A stretch of 64,000 nt of DNA from Candidatus Obscuribacterales bacterium (GTDB lineage Bacteria > Cyanobacteriota > Vampirovibrionia > Obscuribacterales > Obscuribacteraceae): NCBI GenBank assembly GCA_965228855.1, contig CBDDIJ010000002.1:448001-512000 (forward strand), read 5' to 3'. Below the pieces are notes generated by a model. It worked only from the letters and a program-made list of their open reading frames with translations, was not told the DNA's origin and searched no databases. Positions 10,046 through 21,529 of this stretch are shown here, one piece after another. Positions within the stretch are counted from its first letter, which is position 1. Each line of letters begins with the position of its first letter. The translations under genes and the position numbers were made by a program.

Positions 10046-10711
10046 ATGAGATTCAAAGTACTCTTGGCGACAATGCTAATAGCTGCAGCCTCGATAAGCG
10101 CGGTTGACGCACAGGATAGAACAGGTCTGTATCTGCGCGGCACTCAGCACCAGCGCGGCGGCGACGCAATCGCTCAAGAGACGGCAATCCTGTTTATCTA
10201 CGACGGATGCAAGTGCAAGGCATACGACCAATCCAAGATTACAGCCCACGACACCTGCCAGGTCGAAGCCTACGGTCAAGCCACCGTGACAGCCAAGGCT
10301 GAAACGAAGATTCGCGCATTCGATACCACAAGAGTGATCGCATCCAACTCTGCAGTCATCGATGCAAACGGCAGTGCCAACGTTTTAGCAGATCAAAAAG
10401 TGACGGTCAACGCACACGGCAACGTCAACGTTAACGGCGAAGACGAGGTCGTGATCAACGCGGACGGCAACTGCACCATTTTTGCCAGAGACAAATCAAA
10501 AGTGACCGCCACGGGAAATTGCATCGTCATGGCGCTTGGGCAGTCAACTGTCACAGCGACTGGCAACGTTCACATCAAAGCTTACGATCAATCCAAAGTG
10601 AACGCGAAGGGCGAGTGCAGCGTGGAAGCCTGGGGTACGTCCGAAATCACGACCGAGGGCAAGTGCGAAGTCGAGGCTCATGACAGCACGGTTAAGGTCA
10701 ACAAAGGCTAA
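10046..10711 (+). CDS. secreted protein with 8-residue beta-solenoid-like repeats
   Basis: Signal peptide; repeated A-x-(G/D)-(N/Q)-x-x-V-x units. Confidence 0.8.
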   Translation: MRFKVLLATMLIAAASISAVDAQDRTGLYLRGTQHQRGGDAIAQETAILFIYDGCKCKAYDQSKITAHDTCQVEAYGQATVTAKAETKIRAFDTTRVIASNSAVIDANGSANVLADQKVTVNAHGNVNVNGEDEVVINADGNCTIFARDKSKVTATGNCIVMALGQSTVTATGNVHIKAYDQSKVNAKGECSVEAWGTSEITTEGKCEVEAHDSTVKVNKG

Positions 10712-10755
10712 ACCGTTTCGCATCGCCACCATTCACGCGACAATCAGCAATAATC

Positions 10756-10785
10756 AAAGCCCCCAGTCGCAGGACCGGGGGCTTT
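10756..10785. terminator. probable bidirectional intrinsic terminator
   Basis: AAAGCCCCC...GGGGGCTTT between convergent genes. Confidence 0.7.
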
Positions 10786-10830
10786 CAATTTATGCTAGCG
10801 AAACGTTCCCGTTTCACACATCAATTTCCA

Positions 10831-11895
10831 CTAAGCGATGGTTACATCTTTGCAGAGGTAGACATCCTGGATGGCGTTGAGAAGCTCAATACCATCTTTC
10901 ATCGGCTTTTGGAAAGCCTTGCGTCCCGAAATAAGTCCGGTGCCGCCTGCTCTCTTGTTCACCACAGCCGTCATGATTGCTTGCTCGAGGTCATTGGAGC
11001 CGGATGCGCCGCCGGAGTTGATCAATCCAGCGCGACCCATGTAGCAGTTCATGACCTGGTAGCGAGTCAAATCGATCGGGTGATCGGTGGTCAATTCGGA
11101 GTAGACGCGTGAGTCTGTTTTTCCGAACTTCAATGCGTTGTAACCGCCATTGTTCTCAGGCATTTTTTGCTTGATGATATCGGCTTCGATTGTGACGCCG
11201 AGGTGGTTGGCTTGACCGGTGAGGTCAGCGGAAACGTGGTAGTCGACGCCGTCTTTGACGAACGCGGAGTTTCTGACGTAGCACCAGAGGATGGTCGCCA
11301 TGCCCAGTTCATGAGCGCGGTGGAAAGCTTCCGATACTTCCTGGATTTGTCTTTTCGATTCTTCCGATCCGAAGTAGATCGTTGCGCCAACCGCAGCAGC
11401 TCCCAATTCCCAGGCTTGTTCGACAGCGCCGAACATAATCTGGTCGTATGAGTTCGGGTAGGAGATGAATTCGTTGTGGTTGATTTTAACGATGAAGGGA
11501 ATCTTGTGCGCATATTTGCGCGAGATCGTTCCCAGCACACCATAGGTAGTGGCAACAGCGTTGCAACCGCCTTCGATAGCCAGCTTGATGATGTTCTCAC
11601 CATCGAAATAAATCGGGTTCTTTGCAAAAGAAGCGCCGGCGGAGTGCTCGATGCCCTGGTCTACAGGAAGAATCGAGAGATAGCCTGTGCCTGCCAGGCG
11701 TCCGTGGTTGTAGATCGCTTGAAGATTGCGGAGAACTTGAGGATTTCTGTCGCTCTGCATCCAGACGCGGTCTACGAAGTCGGGACCGGGAAGATGGAGC
11801 GATTCTTTATCAACTTTAGCTTTATGGTTGAGGTAAAACGAAGCCTTGTCGCCAAGAGCTTTTTCGATACTAGACAATTCTGTCATGACTGGCAT
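10831..11895 (-). CDS. fbaB: class I fructose-bisphosphate aldolase (DhnA/FbaB type)
   Basis: [24 protein letters not shown] (Schiff-base Lys), [10 protein letters not shown]. Confidence 0.95.
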   Translation of the reverse strand: MPVMTELSSIEKALGDKASFYLNHKAKVDKESLHLPGPDFVDRVWMQSDRNPQVLRNLQAIYNHGRLAGTGYLSILPVDQGIEHSAGASFAKNPIYFDGENIIKLAIEGGCNAVATTYGVLGTISRKYAHKIPFIVKINHNEFISYPNSYDQIMFGAVEQAWELGAAAVGATIYFGSEESKRQIQEVSEAFHRAHELGMATILWCYVRNSAFVKDGVDYHVSADLTGQANHLGVTIEADIIKQKMPENNGGYNALKFGKTDSRVYSELTTDHPIDLTRYQVMNCYMGRAGLINSGGASGSNDLEQAIMTAVVNKRAGGTGLISGRKAFQKPMKDGIELLNAIQDVYLCKDVTIA

Positions 11896-12078
11896 GATGC
11901 TTAATGCCTCCGATGGGGTCGTGTGTTAGCTGTCTAGCCGACCTGGTCGACTGAGCTAACGCAATAAACTACCAAGAAATCATCTTAAAGCGAACAATTC
12001 GTACGAAACTTTGAACAATTACCGCAACGCAACATAACAATCGCTGTCCGGCGGTAATGTTTTCTCCGCCAACCCCTG

Positions 12079-12492
12079 CTAGTGCGCGCCGCTTCCATCT
12101 ACCGGCTGTGACAGCTCGAGAAGCACTCCGCAAGTCGCTTTTGGGTGGAGGAACGCAATCGAGGCACCATCGGCACCTGTTCGCGGTTTCTCATCAATAA
12201 GCTTCACGCCCTTCTCTTTGAGCTTCCCAAGCTCATCTTCGATATCATCGACACCCATGCAAATATGATGCAAGCCCGTTCCCCGTTTAGCTATAAACTT
12301 TCCAACAGGAGTGTCCGGGCTGAGCGGCTCCAGAAGCTCGATGTGCGTGTTTCCAACATCCAGTTTCGCCACGGTAACGCCCTGCTCTTCCACCACTTCG
12401 ATGGTGATGCAGTCGAGCCCCAAGGTTTCCTTATAGAACTTGAGCGACTCTTCAAGATTTTCGACAGCAACAGCTATGTGATCGATGCGCAC
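12079..12492 (-). CDS. mce: methylmalonyl-CoA epimerase (VOC superfamily)
   Basis: IDHIAVAV, IELLEP, GLHHIC, FLHPK...GVLLEL. Confidence 0.88.
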   Translation of the reverse strand: MRIDHIAVAVENLEESLKFYKETLGLDCITIEVVEEQGVTVAKLDVGNTHIELLEPLSPDTPVGKFIAKRGTGLHHICMGVDDIEDELGKLKEKGVKLIDEKPRTGADGASIAFLHPKATCGVLLELSQPVDGSGAH

Positions 12493-12530
12493 AAAACTTT
12501 CTCCCTGGTTGTTGGAACGGCTGGAACGGT

Positions 12531-12971
12531 TTATGGTCCAAAGCCTGATGCGCGCTCGAAAAACTTGTGAATGATGTTGAACTTTCTCAATTCGCTGAAC
12601 TCATCGTATTCCTTCCAGGTGCTCATTAAACGCGTTTGGCGCTCAATCAACGTTACCTGGTCGAACGGCTGCCAGACCTCGCCTCGCCACTTCGGATCAT
12701 AATAGAATTTGTTCAACGCCGTGGTGAGATTTACGGTTGTATCGACGTTCAATATAAAGTCCTGACCGTCGTCGCGAACAGGGAAGGTGTTGGCTTCGCC
12801 GGGCGGAGTGACCAGACCGCCGCGCGCTATCGCATGCGGTTCATTGAGATATGAACGTTTGCGATGAAACAGCGAAAATAGCCCAGCATGGGCACTTTCA
12901 ACAGTTCCCAAGGTGAAGATACAAAAAAGTATCAAACTTGTGCAAATTCTAATCTTCGATCTTCGATTCAC
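12531..12971 (-). CDS. hypothetical exported protein
   Basis: Signal-peptide-like N-terminus ending AHA; co-oriented with mce. Confidence 0.65.
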   Translation of the reverse strand: MNRRSKIRICTSLILFCIFTLGTVESAHAGLFSLFHRKRSYLNEPHAIARGGLVTPPGEANTFPVRDDGQDFILNVDTTVNLTTALNKFYYDPKWRGEVWQPFDQVTLIERQTRLMSTWKEYDEFSELRKFNIIHKFFERASGFGP

Positions 12972-13153
12972 TCGTTATCTCGCTTCCAAGGGTCCGGTAT
13001 CAAGTCCTGAGCCGAATTTGTCAAATACCATCATACGCCATAGTAGTCTCGTTTGCGCAAGAAAGTCCGTAACTTAAACGAAGGGCATGTCTTAATCGCT
13101 TGGCGTCTAGTAAACTGGGCACTTGTCTTAGTTCAGCCCTGGTTCTGGAGAAC

Positions 13154-14413
13154 ATGGTTATGGTAACGAGAAACGAGAAGCGCGAGATTTCAGCACGCTT
13201 GAGATACACGAGCCTTCTTCTTGGAATCTCATCACTTTCACTTTTATCAGCACCCGCATTCGCGCAAGCAGAGGACGAGAAATCCATCAGCGATCTGTCC
13301 TACGATCAGGCTCTTCAGAAGCTGATGGAGACTAAGCAAGAAAGCGACGCGGCTGCTAATTGGGAACGACGCCAGAAAAAAATTCCCAGCAACGTCGATC
13401 CGCAACGCTTCATTCAAGAAGAGATGACGAAAACCTCTAGTACGGTAAACCCGACGCAGGTTCAACCAATCAAAGTCGAAGGCGATCTGTCGCAAGCGCG
13501 AAAAGTCGGTTTGGGCGGCAAGCCCGCAGCGAACGATGGCTCCGACCAACAAAACGTCGGAGGCTGGACGGAGCAGGAACAAGCTCTCGCCCCGCAACAG
13601 GAGCAAGAGCAAGAAACTGCCTACACCGAAGCGCCCGTTCCGACGCCGGCAGTCCGAAAGAAAACTGGGGGCTTCACTACAGTCTTTGATGCCACATCCG
13701 GTGCCGGAGCGCAAACCAGACCGGTTGCAAATCAGTCGGACACAACCGCTGAAGAGTCTGATGCTCCCGGTGGCAATGAAACCGAAATCGTAGAAGAGGA
13801 GCAAGAGAAACCAAAGTCAGCGGCAGTAGTCGCAAAAGACGCAGTAGCCGTCTACAACGCCGCAGTTAAATTGCATCTTTCCGGAAAACTCGACGAGGCG
13901 GTCAGCGAGTACAGAACAGCACTGGCTGCCAATCCCGAGCTGAGCCAGGCACACTGCAACCTCGGTTTGATTTTCAACCAGCAACATGACTACGCCAAAG
14001 CCATCAGCGAATTCAACAAGGCTCTGGCGATCGATCCGAAAGACGCGATCACCTATAACGGTTTAGGCGCCGCATACAGAGCTCAAAAAGACCTCGACGG
14101 TGCCGTGAAAAACTGGAGCACCGCAGTTACGATCGACCCGAAACTGGCAACCGCTCACTATAACCTGGGCACGGTCTACGAGATTCAGAAGAACTTCGAC
14201 AAAGCGACCGAAGCCTACGAGGAAGCGATTAAGAACGACTTCCGACTGGGCGAAGCGCATTATCGCCTCGGTTTGATTCTCATGAAGAAAAACCGCACGG
14301 AAGACGCAAAAGAGCAGTTCAACAAGGCACTTCAGGTATCGAAGAATGCCGAATACTGCGCCGATGCCAGAAAGCGTCTAGCCGCTCTCGAAATGCCGGC
14401 ACCGACAAGATAG
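13154..14413 (+). CDS. exported tetratricopeptide-repeat protein
   Basis: GGAG RBS; signal peptide, low-complexity linker, about five C-terminal TPRs (AHCNLG, TYNGLG, AHYNLG, AHYRLG). Confidence 0.88.
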   Translation: MVMVTRNEKREISARLRYTSLLLGISSLSLLSAPAFAQAEDEKSISDLSYDQALQKLMETKQESDAAANWERRQKKIPSNVDPQRFIQEEMTKTSSTVNPTQVQPIKVEGDLSQARKVGLGGKPAANDGSDQQNVGGWTEQEQALAPQQEQEQETAYTEAPVPTPAVRKKTGGFTTVFDATSGAGAQTRPVANQSDTTAEESDAPGGNETEIVEEEQEKPKSAAVVAKDAVAVYNAAVKLHLSGKLDEAVSEYRTALAANPELSQAHCNLGLIFNQQHDYAKAISEFNKALAIDPKDAITYNGLGAAYRAQKDLDGAVKNWSTAVTIDPKLATAHYNLGTVYEIQKNFDKATEAYEEAIKNDFRLGEAHYRLGLILMKKNRTEDAKEQFNKALQVSKNAEYCADARKRLAALEMPAPTR

Positions 14414-14437
14414 CGCCACTAGCGTTTTCGATATTTG

Positions 14438-14469
14438 AAACGGCATCCGTCAAGGGTGCCGCTTTTTTT
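14438..14469 (+). terminator. intrinsic terminator
   Basis: CGGCATCC-gtcaa-GGGTGCCG followed by a T-run. Confidence 0.75.
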
Positions 14470-14473
14470 ACCA

Positions 14474-14965
14474 CTATGGGCAACTGTCGCTTTTGATTCT
14501 GTCGACTACTCTCGTCGTGCTTTTATTCGGCACAAGGGCGAGAATTTCGACTCTCCCCCCATAAGACTCCACCACAGGAGTTTCAGCCAGGTCAGAGGGC
14601 TTGTAATCGCTCCCTTTGACGTGAATATTCGGTTTAGCCTCGGTCAGAAATTCGACGGGAGTATCTTCATCGAAAATGGTTACGTAATCGACGCACGCCA
14701 GAGCGGATAGAACCTCGGCGCGGTCCTGTTCACTATTAATCGGTCTTGTCGGTCCTTTAAGTTTCTGCACGGACGCATCACTGTTTATCCCGACGACGAG
14801 CAGGTCGCCCAGTGCGCGTGCTTGCTGGAGAATGCGAACGTGACCGACGTGGAGAATGTCAAAACAACCATTGGTCGTTACTACCACTCGTTTCGCCTCT
14901 CGCGCTTGCTTGCAGATCTCGGCAAGCTCACTTCTCTCAACCAAACGTCCCATCCCACTCTCCAT
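14474..14965 (-). CDS. rfaE2: D-glycero-beta-D-manno-heptose 1-phosphate adenylyltransferase (HldE domain II)
   Basis: TNGCFDILHVGH, GINSDASV..LKG..RP, VKGSDY, STT. Confidence 0.92.
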   Translation of the reverse strand: MESGMGRLVERSELAEICKQAREAKRVVVTTNGCFDILHVGHVRILQQARALGDLLVVGINSDASVQKLKGPTRPINSEQDRAEVLSALACVDYVTIFDEDTPVEFLTEAKPNIHVKGSDYKPSDLAETPVVESYGGRVEILALVPNKSTTRVVDRIKSDSCP

Positions 14966-15576
14966 TTCTTAAGACCGGTCTTCTGATCACGGAAGCTGAC
15001 AATATCACAGATACGAGGTTGCGCGGATGGTTTCTCACAAACGGTTGAAACCGCTTGCAGCGGTTCCCACCCCATTCGGAACGCGCTGCTGGCACTGATA
15101 TTGTGCGAGATCATCCTCAACGGTCTAAGGAAAGCTAATATCACAAACGCCACCAAAGCTGATGTGCTGCCGTTTTCGCCGGACTCATATTTGCAAATAT
15201 CGAAATACCCAGGTTAGTAGGGATGTGTAGCGCCGGAAAACGTGAAGAAATTATTGAGACAAAACCGCATCCCCGACTCGCAAACGCTGTCACAATGAGC
15301 TCTCCCGGTCCCGACGCACCCCTTTGACAAGCCCATCTCTATTTAACGTATGGTGAGTAAATACATCCGCACTCCGCATCAAGCCAAGGACACACCCACC
15401 AACTTCGAGTTCCCCCCAGTCTTCCTCTGCTAATCAGGCTCCAACCGAGCCGGAATCACTAACGCTGTGACACCTGATTCGGTGCCAGGCGTTGACGCAA
15501 ATTCAGTCGCACTTCGGTGCAGACTATCGTGTTTCGACATTTCCATTCACTCTCCTGAATTACGGAGACCAAGGTC

Positions 15577-16791
15577 ATGAAACGATTCAACTGGCGCTCT
15601 CGCGACAGTCTTCGCATCTGCGTGGCTGCCGTGCTGGCGTTCTTCATCCTGGGCGGCGCCATCGTCGCCTTCCAGGCGCTTCGTCCGGCGAAACCGCCAA
15701 TCATCGTCCGCATCGTTCCGTCGGACACGGACGAGATCACCGCGCACGGTGCCATCACAAAGGTGAAAGCGCCGGACGGCACTGTGCTGGAAGTGCACAC
15801 GCCCTACCCCGACGGCAGTGTCGGTCACCAGTACTTCCGGACGGACGGCACGCTGCGCGAAACCAGGGAGCACTATCCGCAGCGCAGCAACTCCGACGAA
15901 CCGGTGCTCAAGTCAAAAAGCACCTGGGCCGCCGACGGCAAAACTTTCGAGTACGGAGAGGCTTACAGACCGGACGGCTCGCTCTGGTTCTCACACAGGG
16001 ACCTGCCCGACAACAAGCGCGAGGAGACCTTCTACTTCACGGGCGGCTACAAGTTCTCCAGCGCCACCAGGGTCAAGGGGCAGAGCGCGCTGGAAACGCG
16101 CTACTACCACCAGACCGGCAACCTGTGGGCCTTAGAGCAACACGAGCGCAACCAATGGGGCTCGTACAACGAAAAGGTTCTGTCCATCTACGACGCCTCC
16201 GGCAAACACAAGATGTATAAGGTAAACCAGGTCAGCGCCAACGAGACCGTCGACGGCTTCACTCCCAGCAGTTACGGTCGACTGGTAACCTTTTACAACG
16301 AGGACGGCAAGCGCACACACCGCCAGTGGTGCAACAACTACTGGAACTCCTTTCTCGGCTCGCAAGGCAACCTCCTGTCTGTGAGCGTATTCGACACGAA
16401 CACCGACACGGTAACCAAAACCTTCGAGGTGGACGACGGCGGACAAAACGTCAAACTGAAGACGCTGACTTTCGCCTCCGGAGCAAAGAAAGTCTTTCGC
16501 GATTTCGGGAAGATGCGAACGGTTTCGCTCGAAAAATTGACCATTCAAGGACAGGTCAAGGAGCGGTTTCTGGTCATGGGAACGGTTTCGTACGAACTCG
16601 ACGCCGGCGGCGTGCGGACCGATCACGACGACTCGGAACGCTTGTACGAGATCGTTGACACAGCACTCCTCGCCCGCAACTCGGGTGAAACCGACTTCCG
16701 CGACCGCCGCACCCAGTCTCAAGCCGAAAACCGCTCGGTCCTGGGTCCTCGCGACGACAGCGACCCGGTGAAGTGGTACCACAGACAGTGA
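15577..16791 (+). CDS. membrane-anchored hypothetical protein with MORN-variant-like (Y..DG) repeats
   Basis: N-terminal TM; repeated YPDG/FRTDG/YRPDG/YNEDG; first gene of the operon; TTGACA at 15324. Confidence 0.75.
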   Translation: MKRFNWRSRDSLRICVAAVLAFFILGGAIVAFQALRPAKPPIIVRIVPSDTDEITAHGAITKVKAPDGTVLEVHTPYPDGSVGHQYFRTDGTLRETREHYPQRSNSDEPVLKSKSTWAADGKTFEYGEAYRPDGSLWFSHRDLPDNKREETFYFTGGYKFSSATRVKGQSALETRYYHQTGNLWALEQHERNQWGSYNEKVLSIYDASGKHKMYKVNQVSANETVDGFTPSSYGRLVTFYNEDGKRTHRQWCNNYWNSFLGSQGNLLSVSVFDTNTDTVTKTFEVDDGGQNVKLKTLTFASGAKKVFRDFGKMRTVSLEKLTIQGQVKERFLVMGTVSYELDAGGVRTDHDDSERLYEIVDTALLARNSGETDFRDRRTQSQAENRSVLGPRDDSDPVKWYHRQ

Positions 16792-16905
16792 CGCACCCAG
16801 CGCCACGGTTCTTTTACAAGCCCGCAACAACTGCGGGCTGAATTCTTAACACATGCTCGGCGCCCCGATGGTGCCGAGCGCATTCGAGAAAGTGAGAACC
16901 CAACC

Positions 16906-18060
16906 ATGATGGAAGCCATCTACAATTGGCAGTTCATCCGCTTCGCCGAGCCGGTCTGGCTCTGGCTGGCGACTGGACTGATTTTACTGATTCCGATGTG
17001 GAAACGTCTGCGGCCCGCGCTCGCACACACGCACACGGGCATGCATAAGATCCGCTCCTCGAGCTGGCCGACAAAGGTCTGCCTGGCACTCTTCGCCGGC
17101 ACATGGCTGGCTATGACCGGCGCCATGATGAAGCCTCGCCTGACCCATCAAGAGATGCACGAGTACCTGGAGACCAGGGACTTCGTCATCGGCATCGACC
17201 GCTCAGGTTCGATGTACAGCGCCGACATCGAGTCTGCGGAGCTGCGCAGCGAGATCGACAATTTCGAGCAGGGCGAACGCGACAACGAGACGAAGCTTCG
17301 CGAGAAGTTTCCGACGCTGTACCCGTACCCGGCCGAAGATCCAAGCAAGCAACAGAAGGTGGAAGCAGGCAAGGTACAGCGCTTCCAGCTAGCACGCTAC
17401 GCCGCGTACCAGTTCCTCAAATCGCGTCCCGAAGGTGACCGCGCCGCCATGTTCACCTTCGACGACGAACCCTACTGGTCCTGGCCGCTCGGCAAGGACA
17501 TCAATGTAGTGCTGCGCAAAATTAGCGAGCTGTCGAAGGCATCCGGCGGCGGCACCAACTTCGACGGACCGTCCGGTTCCAACCGCCAGAAAGGCGCTTT
17601 TCAGGCGACCCTGGAGCAGTTCGATTCGCTCGGTCAGGCGAAGACGAAGGTGATCGTGTTCATCTCGGACGGCGATGCCGGAATCAATGAAGAACGGCAT
17701 CAATACTTCGTCGACCGCATGAAGGCTGAGGGGTCGAACATCCACATCTTCGCGCTCGTCTGTGGTTCACCCTCGCAAATGACCAATTCGAGCACGCAGT
17801 CTCTGCGCCGGCTGGTCGAGGAAGTGAACCCGAAAGATTGGCGCGACGCGCAAGGCGAAGCAGTCGACGCAGTGATCTGGGCGGGCAACGGCGAAGCTAT
17901 GAAGAAAGCCTTCGATCGAATCAGCGACCTGGAGAAATCCACGGTCGAACTCGAGGCAATCGAGAGCCACAAGCCGGTCGAGTCGGCGTTCGTGATGCTC
18001 GCCCTCGTGCTCGGTGGTCTGTTCCTGGGACTCTGCTACCTGTTCAGCGAGTCGTTCTAA
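16906..18060 (+). CDS. vWA-domain membrane protein (BatA-like)
   Basis: N-terminal F..P.WLWL, MIDAS DRSGS, GGTNF, ISDG, C-terminal TM. Confidence 0.88.
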   Translation: MMEAIYNWQFIRFAEPVWLWLATGLILLIPMWKRLRPALAHTHTGMHKIRSSSWPTKVCLALFAGTWLAMTGAMMKPRLTHQEMHEYLETRDFVIGIDRSGSMYSADIESAELRSEIDNFEQGERDNETKLREKFPTLYPYPAEDPSKQQKVEAGKVQRFQLARYAAYQFLKSRPEGDRAAMFTFDDEPYWSWPLGKDINVVLRKISELSKASGGGTNFDGPSGSNRQKGAFQATLEQFDSLGQAKTKVIVFISDGDAGINEERHQYFVDRMKAEGSNIHIFALVCGSPSQMTNSSTQSLRRLVEEVNPKDWRDAQGEAVDAVIWAGNGEAMKKAFDRISDLEKSTVELEAIESHKPVESAFVMLALVLGGLFLGLCYLFSESF

Positions 18061-18079
18061 CTTCACTGGAGACATTCAC

Positions 18080-19045
18080 ATGAAATTCATTCGTAACTGG
18101 CTCTGGCTGCTGCCTGCGCTTGGCGCCGGCATCCCCGGCAGCCTGGCGGCGGTGAGCTTGTTTCAAGGCGACTTCGCAGCGGCGATCAACCGGGGGCTGG
18201 CAGCGCTGGTCCTCTTCGCCGTCGGCACCGTCGCCGCCGCGACCTTCTCCGGGGCGCTCAAAGCCTGGGCGGAATGGCTCGGAGACTCGCTTATCGCCAT
18301 GTTCAACTTCCGCGCCGGCGGCATCGCGCACCATCTGTGGCAGGTGCCCGTCGGTCTAACCGCGCTGGCCGGTCTCTATGCCGGCTTCAAGCTGCACTTC
18401 AACACAGCGACGCTCATCCACGTTTATGTGCTGGTCGGCGCCGTGTCCTTCCTCGCGCTCTACGGCGCCCTCTATCTGCTCCACACGAAGTGGGCGAAAC
18501 CGGCGTTCGTCGGGGCGGGAGTGGTGGTGCTTGCAATCGGTTTATACCTGTGGAGCTATCGCTCCGCGCAGGTCGACCTGTACAACGCCGGCATCGCCGC
18601 GATGGACCAGGGCGATATTCCGACAGCGGTAAAACTGTTCGACGCCTCGGTCGCGGCTTACAAACAAGAATCCAGCCGGTCCCAGCTCGCCAGGCTGATT
18701 CTGCCGGAACCGAATAAGGATCTGGAAGCACGCGCGCACTTTCACAAGGGCAACTGCCTGGTCAAGGCGCGCAAAACCAAGGATGCCGTCAAGGCTTACG
18801 TCGAGAGCCTGCAGTCCAATCCGGGCAACTGCTTCGAGGGCATCACCCTGGAGGAAGCGGCCAGTCGGTACAACGACGCGCTGCAAACCATGGCAAATCT
18901 GGAGAAGCTTTTCTCTTCGGGTCAGAGCGGCGGCAAAGCTACCGGCAACGGCAAGCAACGCGGTCAGGGTCAACCTCAGCCCGGTCCGTCGCGAGACCGC
19001 CAGCCCAATCCCGGCGCGGGACGTCAGCCCCGAGACACTCTGTAA
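18080..19045 (+). CDS. membrane-anchored TPR protein (BatC-like)
   Basis: TM segments, YNAG, AHFHKGNCL, ANLE, G/Q/P-rich tail. Confidence 0.8.
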   Translation: MKFIRNWLWLLPALGAGIPGSLAAVSLFQGDFAAAINRGLAALVLFAVGTVAAATFSGALKAWAEWLGDSLIAMFNFRAGGIAHHLWQVPVGLTALAGLYAGFKLHFNTATLIHVYVLVGAVSFLALYGALYLLHTKWAKPAFVGAGVVVLAIGLYLWSYRSAQVDLYNAGIAAMDQGDIPTAVKLFDASVAAYKQESSRSQLARLILPEPNKDLEARAHFHKGNCLVKARKTKDAVKAYVESLQSNPGNCFEGITLEEAASRYNDALQTMANLEKLFSSGQSGGKATGNGKQRGQGQPQPGPSRDRQPNPGAGRQPRDTL

Positions 19046-19083
19046 TTCACCACTAACCACAACCTCTCAGAGGAGGGTTTTAC

Positions 19084-20253
19084 ATGAATATGTTCGGACG
19101 ATTCGTCGAATTCGAGCATCCGGAGTACGTCGCCTACTCCTGGCTGCCTGTGCTTCTCGTGGTGGCGATCTGCGTGGCGAGCTGGTACTCGCTCAAGCGC
19201 TTTCAGAAAGCCTACGCCAACCCCGAGCACTTGCGAAGCAGCACCCGCACTTCGTCTGTGGCGGGGCTGTTTGTCAAAACCGTCGGCTGGTCGCTCGTCA
19301 CCTTCGCATTGTTCGCCGCGCTGGCCGAGCCGTTCGAGAAGAACGCCGCCGTCACCGTCCCACAGGGCAGCTTGCACGTGGTCGGAGCCTTCGACGTCTC
19401 CAAATCCATGGCGGCTGAGGACTATCGCTTCAGCATGCCGACGCGGGACGGCGGACCGCCAATCGGACCGTGGGGTTCACGCCTGCAGAAGGCGAAGACC
19501 GAGTTTACCGAGCAAATCTTCAAAGTGATCCCCGGCAACAAAATCGGGCTCGTCACCTACACGGCCGACGGCTATCCCCAGGCGCCTCTCTGCGAGGACT
19601 ACGGGACTCTGCGCTATCTGCTCCACAACAGTGGATGGATGGGGATCGGCTCGGCACCGGGTGGCGGGTCCGACTACGTGCAAGGGCTCAGGCTGTCGAT
19701 CCATACGCTGCGGCGCGACTTCGACAAAAACAAACGTCAGGTGATCGTGCTCTTCTCGGACGGCGGCGCGCCCACGTTCGACAATCAGGAGGACACCGCC
19801 AACTGGCAGAAGGAGCTTGGCGAAACGCTGGAGGAACTCAACGCGTTGCGCACCGCTTGCGGTGGCAACCTGTCAGTCGTCGTCATCGGAGTGGGCGGGC
19901 ATCAGGACATGATGATTCCTGTCTACAACGAGCGTACCGGCGAGCGCTTCGATTGGTTTCCCCTCGATAAAGAGGAGAAGGAAAAAACCAAGATCGACGA
20001 AAGCGGTCTCAAGGAACTGGCCGCTAAGGTCGGGGGCACCTACGTCTGGCTGGACATCTCGGAAGCGACGAAACTGCCGCTCGACTGGGCGTCGGTTATC
20101 GGGGGTCAGAAGACCGTACAGGGCAAGCTTCCGCTCGCCAGCTTCCCGGTTGCCTTCGCAATGATCGTCGCTGCCCTGCTCATCCTGCGCGGGCTATTCC
20201 GCCCGGCTCACCAGATCGCCGCGCGACCGGTGCAAATCCGCAAGCGCCCTTGA
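19084..20253 (+). CDS. vWA-domain membrane protein (BatB-like)
   Basis: DVSKSMAAED, SRL..AK, GGSD, LFSDG, IGVG, IDE..LKELA. Confidence 0.88.
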   Translation: MNMFGRFVEFEHPEYVAYSWLPVLLVVAICVASWYSLKRFQKAYANPEHLRSSTRTSSVAGLFVKTVGWSLVTFALFAALAEPFEKNAAVTVPQGSLHVVGAFDVSKSMAAEDYRFSMPTRDGGPPIGPWGSRLQKAKTEFTEQIFKVIPGNKIGLVTYTADGYPQAPLCEDYGTLRYLLHNSGWMGIGSAPGGGSDYVQGLRLSIHTLRRDFDKNKRQVIVLFSDGGAPTFDNQEDTANWQKELGETLEELNALRTACGGNLSVVVIGVGGHQDMMIPVYNERTGERFDWFPLDKEEKEKTKIDESGLKELAAKVGGTYVWLDISEATKLPLDWASVIGGQKTVQGKLPLASFPVAFAMIVAALLILRGLFRPAHQIAARPVQIRKRP

Positions 20254-20361
20254 AGATGTTTCGGAACTGAATTTCTTACAGGCGGAGTCGCGTCTGACTT
20301 CGCCTTCCTCTAGGTCGGGCGCCACCAGTCGTGGTGCCTATTTTCTCAACGGAGTTTTGAT

Positions 20362-21387
<1,026 letters not shown>

Positions 21388-21529
21388 GTCAATCACCCAG
21401 AACCGCAACCTGCACCACATGCGGTGCAGGTTCAAACCGGAGGCGCGAACCAGCCGGTGAGAATCGGCTGTTCGCGCCTTTCGGTTGGGTTTGTTTCTAA
21501 AACCTTCTCTCTGAATGAACGGAGACAAT